Source of the DNA: an uncultured Woeseia sp.
Lineage (GTDB): Bacteria; Pseudomonadota; Gammaproteobacteria; Steroidobacterales; Woeseiaceae
Assembly (NCBI GenBank): GCA_964633055.1
Contig: CAZWEW010000001.1
Location: 1-61,413, forward strand
Direction of reading: 5' to 3'
Length of the DNA stretch: 61,413 nt
The notes beneath the pieces are model-generated. The model worked only from the letters and a program-made list of their open reading frames with translations, had not been told where the DNA came from and did no database searches. Position numbers and translations under genes: made by a program. Below are positions 28,825-37,060 of the stretch, one piece after another (position 1 is the first letter of the stretch; each line of letters opens with the position of its first letter).

Positions 28825-30339
28825 ATGTGGGAGGGGATAACAACCGGGCTGTCGACCGCACTCGTACCCGAGAACCTGCTGCTTGTCGCGACCGGATGCA
28901 TTACTGGCACATTCATCGGCATGTTGCCGGGACTTGGCCCAATATCGGCGATCGCATTAATGATCCCGATGACCTACGGATTTGATCCGGCATCGGGGAT
29001 GATCCTCATGGCCGGCGTCTACTACGGCGCGATTTTCGGGGGATCAACCTCGTCGATTCTCGTGAATGCCCCTGGCGTGGCTGGTACCGTTGCGACATCT
29101 TTCGATGGTTACCCACTTGCACAACAAGGCAAGGCCGGCAAAGCGCTGGCCATCGCTGCGATTGCGAGCTTTGCGGGGGGCACGATGGCAGCCGTGCTTC
29201 TGATGATCGCAGCACCCGCGCTGGCGCAGGTCTCATTAAGCTTCCAGTCGCCGGACTACCTGATGTTGATGATTCTCGGACTGACGGCAGTATCAGCGTT
29301 CGTCAGCCCTGGAAAAGTCTTGCAGGCTCTCATTGCGACCGTCATCGGCCTGATGCTGTCGACGGTCGGTACCGATCCGTCGGCGGGTATACAGCGATTT
29401 ACGTTCGGCAGCCTCGACCTCGTCGATGGGATCAGTTTTCTGCTGCTCGCGATGGCGACGTTCGCACTGTCGGAGGCGTTGTTGTCGGTACTGAAGCGTG
29501 ATGACCGCAAAGCAGATGAACTGGCGGAAGCCGGCGAGGACATCGGCAGCCTCAAAATAGAGAAAGAAGTATTCCGGCAGATAGCGCCCGTGGTTGGGCG
29601 GTCTTCGGTCACCGGTTTCTTCATCGGCGTGTTACCGGGTGCCGGTGCAACGATAGCTTCTTTTATTGCCTATGGAATGGAGCGCGCCCTCGCGCCGGTA
29701 AGGGAAAAACTGAAGTTTGGTAAGGGATCGGTGCGGGGCCTCGCCGCGCCCGAATCGGCAAACAATGCCGCCTGCACCGGTTCGTTCGTGCCCTTGCTGA
29801 CGCTGGGTATTCCCGGATCCGGTACGACCGCAGTCATGCTCGGGGCGCTGATCTCTTACGGCGTACAGCCGGGTCCGCAATTATTCCAGAACAACCCGGA
29901 TGTTTTCTGGTCGGTGATCATTTCGATGTATATCGGCAACCTCATCCTCCTGATTCTGAATTTGCCGCTGATTCCCTACATCGCCCGACTGCTGGCATTG
30001 CCGAAGCAGTTGCTAGTCCCACTTATCCTGTTTTTTTCCCTGATCGGTGTTTACCTGGTGTCGTTTAATACCTTCGATATCTACATGATGACGGCTTTCG
30101 CCCTGGTTGCGATCTGCCTGCGCCTGTTCGATTACCCGATGGCGCCGCTGATCCTGGGATTTATTTTGGGTGGGATGATGGAGGATAACCTGCAACGTAC
30201 GATGACGCTTTACGACGGCTCGTTTCGGTTCCTCTGGGAACGGCCGGTCAGCTTCGGGATCGCGATATTGCTGGTTGCCGTTGTACTGACACCGATCGTC
30301 AGGAGCCTTCGTGCGGGTGCATCGCGTCAGCCGAAATAG
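28825..30339 (+). CDS. tctA: Tripartite tricarboxylate transporter, large permease
   Basis: 504 aa and polytopic. The motifs GTFIGMLPGLGPISAIALMIP and GVLPGAGATIASFIAY are typical of TctA/DUF112. Confidence 0.9.
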   Translation: MWEGITTGLSTALVPENLLLVATGCITGTFIGMLPGLGPISAIALMIPMTYGFDPASGMILMAGVYYGAIFGGSTSSILVNAPGVAGTVATSFDGYPLAQQGKAGKALAIAAIASFAGGTMAAVLLMIAAPALAQVSLSFQSPDYLMLMILGLTAVSAFVSPGKVLQALIATVIGLMLSTVGTDPSAGIQRFTFGSLDLVDGISFLLLAMATFALSEALLSVLKRDDRKADELAEAGEDIGSLKIEKEVFRQIAPVVGRSSVTGFFIGVLPGAGATIASFIAYGMERALAPVREKLKFGKGSVRGLAAPESANNAACTGSFVPLLTLGIPGSGTTAVMLGALISYGVQPGPQLFQNNPDVFWSVIISMYIGNLILLILNLPLIPYIARLLALPKQLLVPLILFFSLIGVYLVSFNTFDIYMMTAFALVAICLRLFDYPMAPLILGFILGGMMEDNLQRTMTLYDGSFRFLWERPVSFGIAILLVAVVLTPIVRSLRAGASRQPK

Positions 30340-30899
30340 TCGGGTGCGTTGCCGGCCGACCACTTGATATTGCAGCCGATGCTGGGAATCTGGTTTTCGG
30401 AAACGGGTTCGCCCTGCAACAGTGCGTCGATTGCCGCCCGAAGATCTCGCCCGTTCACCGGCAGGTCGTTCGACGGGCGGCTGTCATCCAGCTGACCGCG
30501 ATAAACGAGTTTCTTTTCGCTATCGAAAACAAAGAAATCTGGTGTGCAGGCGGCACGGTAGGACTTCGCAACTTCTTGGCACTCGTCGAAAAGGTAGGGG
30601 AACGTGTATCCCCAGGTCTCAGCTTGTTCCTTCATCTTTTCAGGGTTGTCGCCCGGGTGCGTCGTCACATCGTTGCTGTTGATTGCGAAGATGGCGACCG
30701 GCTGCGATAAGTAGTCACGGCCCAGCTGTGCGAGTTCCTCCCGGATGTGTTGGACGAACGGGCAGTGATTACAGATAAACATGACAACATACGCTTTTTT
30801 GCCGTCGCCCAGGGCGTGAACGTTGCCATCCGGGTCAGGTAGTACAAATTCAGGTGCCATGGTCCCAAGATCGAGCATTTCGGATTCTGTTGCGGCCAT
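30327..30899 (-). CDS. Thioredoxin-fold protein (AhpC/TSA-like, CxxC = CNHC)
   Basis: Trimmed to ATG 30899, giving 190 aa. The motifs APEFVLPD and VVMFICNHCPFV are present. Its 3' end overlaps the convergent tctA by 13 nt. Confidence 0.75.
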   Translation of the reverse strand: MAATESEMLDLGTMAPEFVLPDPDGNVHALGDGKKAYVVMFICNHCPFVQHIREELAQLGRDYLSQPVAIFAINSNDVTTHPGDNPEKMKEQAETWGYTFPYLFDECQEVAKSYRAACTPDFFVFDSEKKLVYRGQLDDSRPSNDLPVNGRDLRAAIDALLQGEPVSENQIPSIGCNIKWSAGNAPDYFG

Positions 30900-31087
30900 T
30901 TTGTGGTTCCTCGAGTGTTTATTCCTGGATAATGACTCAGGCAAGTGGCAGCAAGGCCACCCATTACATGCCGGCCGCCGCCATCATCCCGTTAACGATA
31001 TCAGGAAGGTTCTGCGATACCATCCCGACTCTGCGCTGATCTGAAGATGCAGGGTTCTTTTCCTTAATTTAGCCGGGTGAAAACAGG

Positions 31088-31693
31088 ATGACATGGATCG
31101 CGACTATCTCATATGAAGATGCCATGGGGGCATTAAAAAAACTCTACGATCGGATCAAGGGACCGGACGACAACGTCGACAACATCATGCTTGCGCATAG
31201 CCTGCGTCCGCATTCTATGGAAGGGCACATGGCGCTGTACAAGTATGTATTGCACCATCCACGAAACGTATTGCCAAAGTCCTATCTCGAGACGATTGGT
31301 GTCTATGTCAGCCTGCTCAATAAATGTCGTTATTGCGTTGACCACCACTACGCCGGATTGTTGCGTGTCATTGAGGACGATGTGCGTGGGGCGGAGATTC
31401 GGACGGCGTTAGAAGCAGGAAACCTGACGGCGGTGTTTGACGGCAAAGAGCTCGCCGGTCTTGAGTATGCCGGGAAACTCACGACCGACCCGGCGGGGTT
31501 ATCGAGTGCCGACATTGAATCACTGAGGCAGGCGGGTTTAGATGACGGTGAGATTCTTGAGATCAACCAGGTGGCTGCGTACTTTGCCTATGCCAATCGG
31601 ATGGTGCTGGGCCTCGGCGTCAATACCGATGGCGATATCATCGGGTTATCACCGGGAGACAGTAGCGATCCCGATAACTGGTCGCACCAGTAG
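31088..31693 (+). CDS. Carboxymuconolactone decarboxylase / AhpD-like peroxidase-related protein
   Basis: 201 aa. It has the AhpD-type CxxC-H motif (CRYCVDHH), and the C-terminal stretch EINQVAAYFAYANR is typical of the peroxidase-related CMD subfamily. Confidence 0.8.
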   Translation: MTWIATISYEDAMGALKKLYDRIKGPDDNVDNIMLAHSLRPHSMEGHMALYKYVLHHPRNVLPKSYLETIGVYVSLLNKCRYCVDHHYAGLLRVIEDDVRGAEIRTALEAGNLTAVFDGKELAGLEYAGKLTTDPAGLSSADIESLRQAGLDDGEILEINQVAAYFAYANRMVLGLGVNTDGDIIGLSPGDSSDPDNWSHQ

Positions 31694-31696
31694 GCG

Positions 31697-31729
31697 TCCC
31701 GCTTCGCCGAGTCAATCCACCGAGCGGGA
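31697..31729. terminator. Hairpin between convergent genes (possible terminator, no U tract)
   Basis: TCCCGCT(T)CG ... CGAGCGGGA forms a stem of about 9 bp with one bulge and a loop of about 14 nt. It lies in the 44-nt gap between the 31693 and 31738 stops. Confidence 0.3.
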
Positions 31730-31737
31730 AGTCAGGC

Positions 31738-32970
31738 TCAGGCGAGCATCGCCCGGTTCTTTTTGACCGCTGCCACGACCCGGTCAACATGGTCCGCGTT
31801 GTTGTACATGTGCGGAGACATTCTCAGGCCACCCGTCGCAGCGCACTGGACACCGGCGTCGTCGAATACGTTGCTGACGAGTCGGCTGGCATTCTCGCGC
31901 GGGGTCGCGATGATCACGACGCTGCTCGTAAATGCGGGATTTGCGCTGGATACGAAAGCCACGCCAAGGTCTTCTAGGCCGCCACGAAGCCGGTCGGCCA
32001 CGTTTTTGGACTGCGCTTCGATGCCTGCCGGCGTGATCGTCTCATGAAACAGTGCGGTATCGTTGAGCGATGCGAGCGCGGCATCGTCACGCTGGCTCAT
32101 CGCATCGAACTTCCGCGCGCCGTCCGGCACATCTTCTGTGGTCCTGCCCCACGGCACGCTGACAATATTCGGCCAGATATGATCAATGTGGCGCTCACGG
32201 ATATACAGGATTCCGACTTCGCGTGGCCCCATGAACCACTTGTGCGCACTGCCGCTGAAAGAGTCGGCTTCGATCGCTCCGAGATCGAGATCGACGGCGC
32301 CCCAGGTCTGTGCCCCATCGATATGGATGAATACATCGTCCTTCTTCTCGCGGACCGCCGCACAGATCTCTGCAAGCGGTAGCCGGAAACCGGTGATATT
32401 CGAGATATGGGTGAACGACACGACTTTCGTGTTGTCGCCGACGACGTCGACGAACATGTCGACCACCTCATCTACCGAACCCGTGTTCGTTGGTACCGAA
32501 AATCGCCGGACCGTCGCGCCGGTTCTGGCCGCCTGTACATCCCACGCGACGAGATTCGATGGGTGATTCTGATCCCACAGCACGATTTCGTCCCCTTCAT
32601 CGAGCGGCATGCCCTGCACGATCGTGCCATTGGCTTCTGACGCGTTGCGGACGATCGCTATTTCGTCCGCTGACGTGCCCAGCATCCCGGCCACCCGTCC
32701 CCTAGCCTCTTCCTTGAAGGCTTCGACAGCACGCCGGCTGGCAGTGCTGAGCGACTGGTCGAGTTGCCGCGCGTATTCGTTGTGCGCCTCTGTCACCATG
32801 GTGGGCATCGGGCAGAGATTGGCGGCGTTCATTGGCACGCTCTCATCGGCGAAACCAAATGTGGGTGTCGCAGCATCGGCCGTGTGAATGGTGGCAGCAT
32901 AGCTCCCTAGGCTGCCCACAACGGACACCCCGCCCACGACCTTCAAGAAATCACGTCTGGCGATACTCAT
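31738..32970 (-). CDS. Tat-signal PLP enzyme, aminotransferase class V fold (cysteine desulfurase / isopenicillin-N epimerase-like)
   Basis: 410 aa. The N-terminus is MSIARRDFLKVVGGVSVVGSLGSYAATIHTADA (twin-arginine). The PLP-lysine context is SGSAHKWFMGP. Confidence 0.85.
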   Translation of the reverse strand: MSIARRDFLKVVGGVSVVGSLGSYAATIHTADAATPTFGFADESVPMNAANLCPMPTMVTEAHNEYARQLDQSLSTASRRAVEAFKEEARGRVAGMLGTSADEIAIVRNASEANGTIVQGMPLDEGDEIVLWDQNHPSNLVAWDVQAARTGATVRRFSVPTNTGSVDEVVDMFVDVVGDNTKVVSFTHISNITGFRLPLAEICAAVREKKDDVFIHIDGAQTWGAVDLDLGAIEADSFSGSAHKWFMGPREVGILYIRERHIDHIWPNIVSVPWGRTTEDVPDGARKFDAMSQRDDAALASLNDTALFHETITPAGIEAQSKNVADRLRGGLEDLGVAFVSSANPAFTSSVVIIATPRENASRLVSNVFDDAGVQCAATGGLRMSPHMYNNADHVDRVVAAVKKNRAMLA

Positions 32971-33038
32971 GGGTTCTCCCTCCTGATTATTCGCTTATTC
33001 TAGTACTAATTGCCCCTTCGTCGCGGATCAGGTTCGCT

Positions 33039-33719
33039 ATGCGAATATTCGAGCTTCAGCCAGTCACCGTCCCTGTGGCCGGCACAGATGATGAGTTTCC
33101 GGTGAGACGCATCTATTGCATCGGCCGCAACTATGCGAAACACGTTGCCGAGATGGGTTGCGACATCAAACGCTCTAAACCGTTTTTCTTCGGCAAGCCG
33201 GCCGACGCAATCGTCTTGACGGGCGGGACAGTCGATTATCCGTCTCGAACGTCAAACCTGCATCACGAGATCGAGCTTGTGGTGGCGATCGGAAAATCCG
33301 GAAGGGACGTCGCGCTAGAAAATGTTCTGGATCACGTGTACGGCTACGCTGTCGGCATCGACCTGACCCGCCGGGACCTGCAGGCTGAGGCCAAGGAAAA
33401 GGGGCGTCCTTGGGAGCCTGCCAAGGGATTCGACCTGTCGGCGCCGATTTCCCCAATTCACCGGGTCGAGGACGTCGGTCACCCCGTTCAGGGACGTATC
33501 TGGCTCGCGGTAAATGGTGAAATTCGTCAAGATGCCAGTCTAAATGAGCTAATATGGTCGGTAGCAGAATCTGTCGCCGAGCTCTCAACCCTGTTTGAAG
33601 TGGTGCCTGGCGACCTGCTGTACACAGGGACCCCTGCCGGCGTTGGCCCCTTGGAAGTGGGCGACGAGGTGACCGGCGGCATCGAGGGAATTGACGAAAT
33701 ACAAATAACAATTCGGTAG
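33039..33719 (+). CDS. Fumarylacetoacetate hydrolase (FAH) family protein
   Basis: Trimmed to ATG 33039, giving 226 aa. The motifs RIYCIGRNYAKH, HHEIELVVAIG, DLTRRDLQ and GDLLYTGTPAGVG are typical of the FAH family. Confidence 0.85.
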   Translation: MRIFELQPVTVPVAGTDDEFPVRRIYCIGRNYAKHVAEMGCDIKRSKPFFFGKPADAIVLTGGTVDYPSRTSNLHHEIELVVAIGKSGRDVALENVLDHVYGYAVGIDLTRRDLQAEAKEKGRPWEPAKGFDLSAPISPIHRVEDVGHPVQGRIWLAVNGEIRQDASLNELIWSVAESVAELSTLFEVVPGDLLYTGTPAGVGPLEVGDEVTGGIEGIDEIQITIR

Positions 33720-33748
33720 ACGACACAATAATTAGCGAGGAGCTACCT

Positions 33749-34531
33749 ATGGACCGTCGCAAGTTTCTGAACACTGTAAGCGCAACGGCCGCCGCGAGCA
33801 TAGCCGGTGCGACCTCTTTCTCAGCCAAAGCGGATGCCCTCGAAGAGGCGATGGAAGAGGCCCTCGAGCCCAAGCGTCGCGCGAAACCGGGCTTTTGCAC
33901 CATTGGCGAGGAGCGGGAACGCAGCCCCAACGACAATCGTCCGTATTATCAGCACAATGACCCAGCGTTGCCCGAAATGCCGAAAGCACCGACGCTGATG
34001 GACTTTTACAAGCTCCGTTTCTCGACCAATCACGTGACGCAGAGTGCGAGACTTGCCCTCATAAACGGACATAGCGAAAAGGTCGTGATGGCCTGCCTGC
34101 TGCACGATATCGGCCTCAACATCCGGGGCACTGATCATGGCTACTGGTGTGCGCAACTCGTGCGTCCCTATGTTGACGAGGAAGTCGCTTGGGCGATCGA
34201 GAAACACCAAGCGCTGAGGTTCCTGCCTGATCCGGACCAAAACTATGAATATCCCGAAGCCTATATCAGGCTTTTTGGTGCAGATTACGAGCCCGAGCCC
34301 TATATCATGGAAGAGGCTAAAAAGGCGAGGAACCACAAGTGGTACATGTCCTCCCGTCAGATCACCATTAACGACGTCTATGCTTTTGACCCGAACCTGT
34401 CCGTCGACGTCGAGGATTTCACCGACATCATGGCCCGCAATTTCAAACAGCCGAAAGAAGGGCTGGGCTTCGATGACAGCCCGGTTGCACACATGTGGCG
34501 GACCTTTATCTGGCCTACTAACTTCTTATAA
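33749..34531 (+). CDS. Tat-signal HD-domain protein (PhnZ / MIOX-like HD fold suspected)
   Basis: 260 aa with a GAGGAG Shine-Dalgarno. The N-terminus is MDRRKFLNTVSATAAASIAGATSFSAKA (twin-arginine). The pattern is H...HD...H...H: NHVTQSA, CLLHDIG, DHGYW, EKHQALRF. It has only 3 Cys, so no FeS motif. Confidence 0.7.
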   Translation: MDRRKFLNTVSATAAASIAGATSFSAKADALEEAMEEALEPKRRAKPGFCTIGEERERSPNDNRPYYQHNDPALPEMPKAPTLMDFYKLRFSTNHVTQSARLALINGHSEKVVMACLLHDIGLNIRGTDHGYWCAQLVRPYVDEEVAWAIEKHQALRFLPDPDQNYEYPEAYIRLFGADYEPEPYIMEEAKKARNHKWYMSSRQITINDVYAFDPNLSVDVEDFTDIMARNFKQPKEGLGFDDSPVAHMWRTFIWPTNFL

Positions 34532-34540
34532 GAAAACATT

Positions 34541-36958
34541 ATGGCCAATTACATCGGCAGCGATTTTACGCCGCCGGACGTCATCGGCAAGGTGACGGGC
34601 AAGGCACGCTACGCTGAAGACATCCAGGTCGATGGCATGGTCTTCGCGCGACTTCTGACCAGCCCGGTTCCACACGCGCGTATCAAGCGCATGGACTTGT
34701 CGGCTGCCCTCGCTTTGGAAGGTGTTGTTGGCGTGCTCACTGCGGATGACGTCCCCGCCGCACAGGCACCACGTGCGGCAATCCTGACCAACGAACCCGT
34801 CTTTGTTGGTGATCCGATACTCGCTATTGCAGCCGTGGATGACACCGTCGCTACCGATGCGCTGCAGTTGGTAGATATTGAATACGAGCCATTGCCGTTC
34901 AGTGTCGATCCGCTCGAGTCGCTGCACCCGGACGGGTCCAATGCACGCGAGGATGGCAATGTCTACGCACCGCAGGGCTTTGGCGACAGAACGACCAGGC
35001 CCGAGGAAATCAAATGGACGCAGGCCGATCTCGACGCTTTTCTCGATGGTCGTCCGCCCGAGGGCGATATGCCGATCCAGTGGTCCGTTGGCGATATCGA
35101 GGAAGGGTTTGCGAAAGCCTCCTACGTCGTCGAGCAAAATTTCGTAACGGCGGGTTATGCACATCACTCGATGGAACCTCGTTCCTCGATGGCCTACTGG
35201 CAAAATGGCAAATGCTTCCTGCATGGGCCGAATCAGAGCCAGACGGCACCGATGCCTGGTCTTGCCCGAATGATCGGTATTGACGTCGCCGAGCTTGTCT
35301 TCATCAACGAAAATTGTGGCGGCGGTTTCGGTTCGCGCAGTACGCCCTACGAAATGCTCGTATTGCCGGCGTTTTTCTCGCGCAAGATTAACCGGCCCGT
35401 TGCACTCCACCTCGGCAGGGCCGAAGAGTTCTACCTTGGAAAAGCGCGATCCGGTTTCCAGGGCCACGTCAGGATGGGATTTCAGGACGACGGTCGGATC
35501 ACGGTGATGGACCTGTTCATCGTGCAGGATATCGGCTGCCAGACAGGTTTTCCGTCCGCGTCCGCGGCCGCGGGTGCGACGTCGCTTGTCTACCAGCCCG
35601 AGACGATGCGTTTCCGCGCGATCCCGGTAATGACCAACACCACGCCCAAGGGTGCACAACGGGGGCCCGGGCAAAACCAGATTGCGGCCGCGATCGAGCC
35701 TCTCATCGACAAGGCGGCGGTCATGCTTGAGATGGACCGCATCCAGATCAGGATGATCAATGCGCCGGTCAGTGATTCGCTGCATGGTCCGCGGCAACAG
35801 CAGATGACGAGTGCTTACCTGCGTGAAGCGCTCGAACAGGGCGCCGAGCGTTTTCGCTGGGCGGAAAGGACCGAGCGTCGGGGATCAAGAAGCGGATCCA
35901 AAGTCATCGGGCTTGGGGTCGGGCAGGCGTATCATTCAGCGGGACGCGACGGCTATGATGGCCTGTTGCGTATTGCACCGGACGGCAAAATTCATCTGCA
36001 CAGCGGCGTCGGTAATCTCGGTACGTATTCCTACGCGTCGACGACCCGGCCTGCGGCGGATGTTCTGCAGTGCGACTGGAACAATTGCATCATTCATTAC
36101 GGCCGTTCAACCGAACACTTGCCGTGGAGTTCGGCGCAGAACGGCAGCAACACGTCTTTTACGCACACGCGCGCCAACTACGTCGCGGCGGTCGATGCCG
36201 TGCAGAAGATCAGGAACATCGCCGCCATTCAGATGGGCGGAAATGCGGATGACTATGACATCGCAGCTGAGCGCGTTTTCGCGAAAACAGACGCCTCGCG
36301 ATCAATGAGCTACGCTGAAGTCGCTCAGGCTGCAATGGAACTCGGCGGCCGATTCGACGGTAGTGAAGTACCGGACGATATCCACGACGTGACGCGCCTT
36401 GCTGTCGAAGGCCTGCGGGGTACCGGCCTGATTGGTGTCGCAAAGGACAATCTCGGCCGGCGCGGCGCGGTACCTGGCCTTGCAGTCGGGTTTGCAGAAA
36501 TCGAACTTGATCTCGAGACCGGTCGGTACAGAATTCTCGATTATCTCGGCGTCGCCGACTGCGGAACCGTCCTGCATCCGCAGGGTCTGGCAGGGCAGGT
36601 TCGTGGCGGTGCGGTCTGGGGATTCGGCATGGCCGGCCTGGAACGTCATGTCTACGATCCGGTGCTCGGACTACCGGCAAACAGTGGTTTCTACCAGTGC
36701 AAACCGGCGACCTACATGGATCTGCCGGGTGAGATGGATTGGGATGCCGTCGATCTGCCAGATCGCGACAATCCCGTCGGTGTGAAGGGCATCGGCGAGC
36801 CGGTGATGGGTTGTGCTGCTGCTGCCGTGCTGTGCGCAATATCCGATGCGCTCGACGGGCATGTCTTCAATCGCGTGCCGGTCACGCCCGACATGATCGT
36901 CAACCATGTTGCCGGACTGGATCAGTCCACCCCGGCGATGCGAACCAATACCTTCTGA
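34541..36958 (+). CDS. Molybdopterin-binding large subunit, xanthine dehydrogenase / aldehyde oxidase / CO-dehydrogenase family
   Basis: 805 aa. The N-terminus is GKVTGKARYAEDI. It has the GGGFGSRS motif and a C-terminal KGIGEP motif containing the catalytic Glu. It has no signal peptide and starts 9 nt after the HD-protein stop. Confidence 0.9.
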   Translation: MANYIGSDFTPPDVIGKVTGKARYAEDIQVDGMVFARLLTSPVPHARIKRMDLSAALALEGVVGVLTADDVPAAQAPRAAILTNEPVFVGDPILAIAAVDDTVATDALQLVDIEYEPLPFSVDPLESLHPDGSNAREDGNVYAPQGFGDRTTRPEEIKWTQADLDAFLDGRPPEGDMPIQWSVGDIEEGFAKASYVVEQNFVTAGYAHHSMEPRSSMAYWQNGKCFLHGPNQSQTAPMPGLARMIGIDVAELVFINENCGGGFGSRSTPYEMLVLPAFFSRKINRPVALHLGRAEEFYLGKARSGFQGHVRMGFQDDGRITVMDLFIVQDIGCQTGFPSASAAAGATSLVYQPETMRFRAIPVMTNTTPKGAQRGPGQNQIAAAIEPLIDKAAVMLEMDRIQIRMINAPVSDSLHGPRQQQMTSAYLREALEQGAERFRWAERTERRGSRSGSKVIGLGVGQAYHSAGRDGYDGLLRIAPDGKIHLHSGVGNLGTYSYASTTRPAADVLQCDWNNCIIHYGRSTEHLPWSSAQNGSNTSFTHTRANYVAAVDAVQKIRNIAAIQMGGNADDYDIAAERVFAKTDASRSMSYAEVAQAAMELGGRFDGSEVPDDIHDVTRLAVEGLRGTGLIGVAKDNLGRRGAVPGLAVGFAEIELDLETGRYRILDYLGVADCGTVLHPQGLAGQVRGGAVWGFGMAGLERHVYDPVLGLPANSGFYQCKPATYMDLPGEMDWDAVDLPDRDNPVGVKGIGEPVMGCAAAAVLCAISDALDGHVFNRVPVTPDMIVNHVAGLDQSTPAMRTNTF

Positions 36959-37060
36959 CAGTTAGCCCGCATTTTTAGCCATTACACTGGTTGCTCCGGA
37001 GTTCCAACCGGGCATCGCCAGTCTCGTTGTCAGCGGTCGACCGGCTAATGCGGGATTCCC

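Noticed and set aside
34526-35797. Long antisense ORFs opposite well-supported genes: 34526..35797, 53761..55053, 21323..22489, 27059..28165, 38850..39929, 3608..4546, 10280..11212, 33175..33936, 16767..17561
   Set aside because: They lie entirely within strongly motif-supported genes on the other strand. They are Arg/Pro/His-rich with no motifs, and are typical shadow ORFs of GC-rich DNA.
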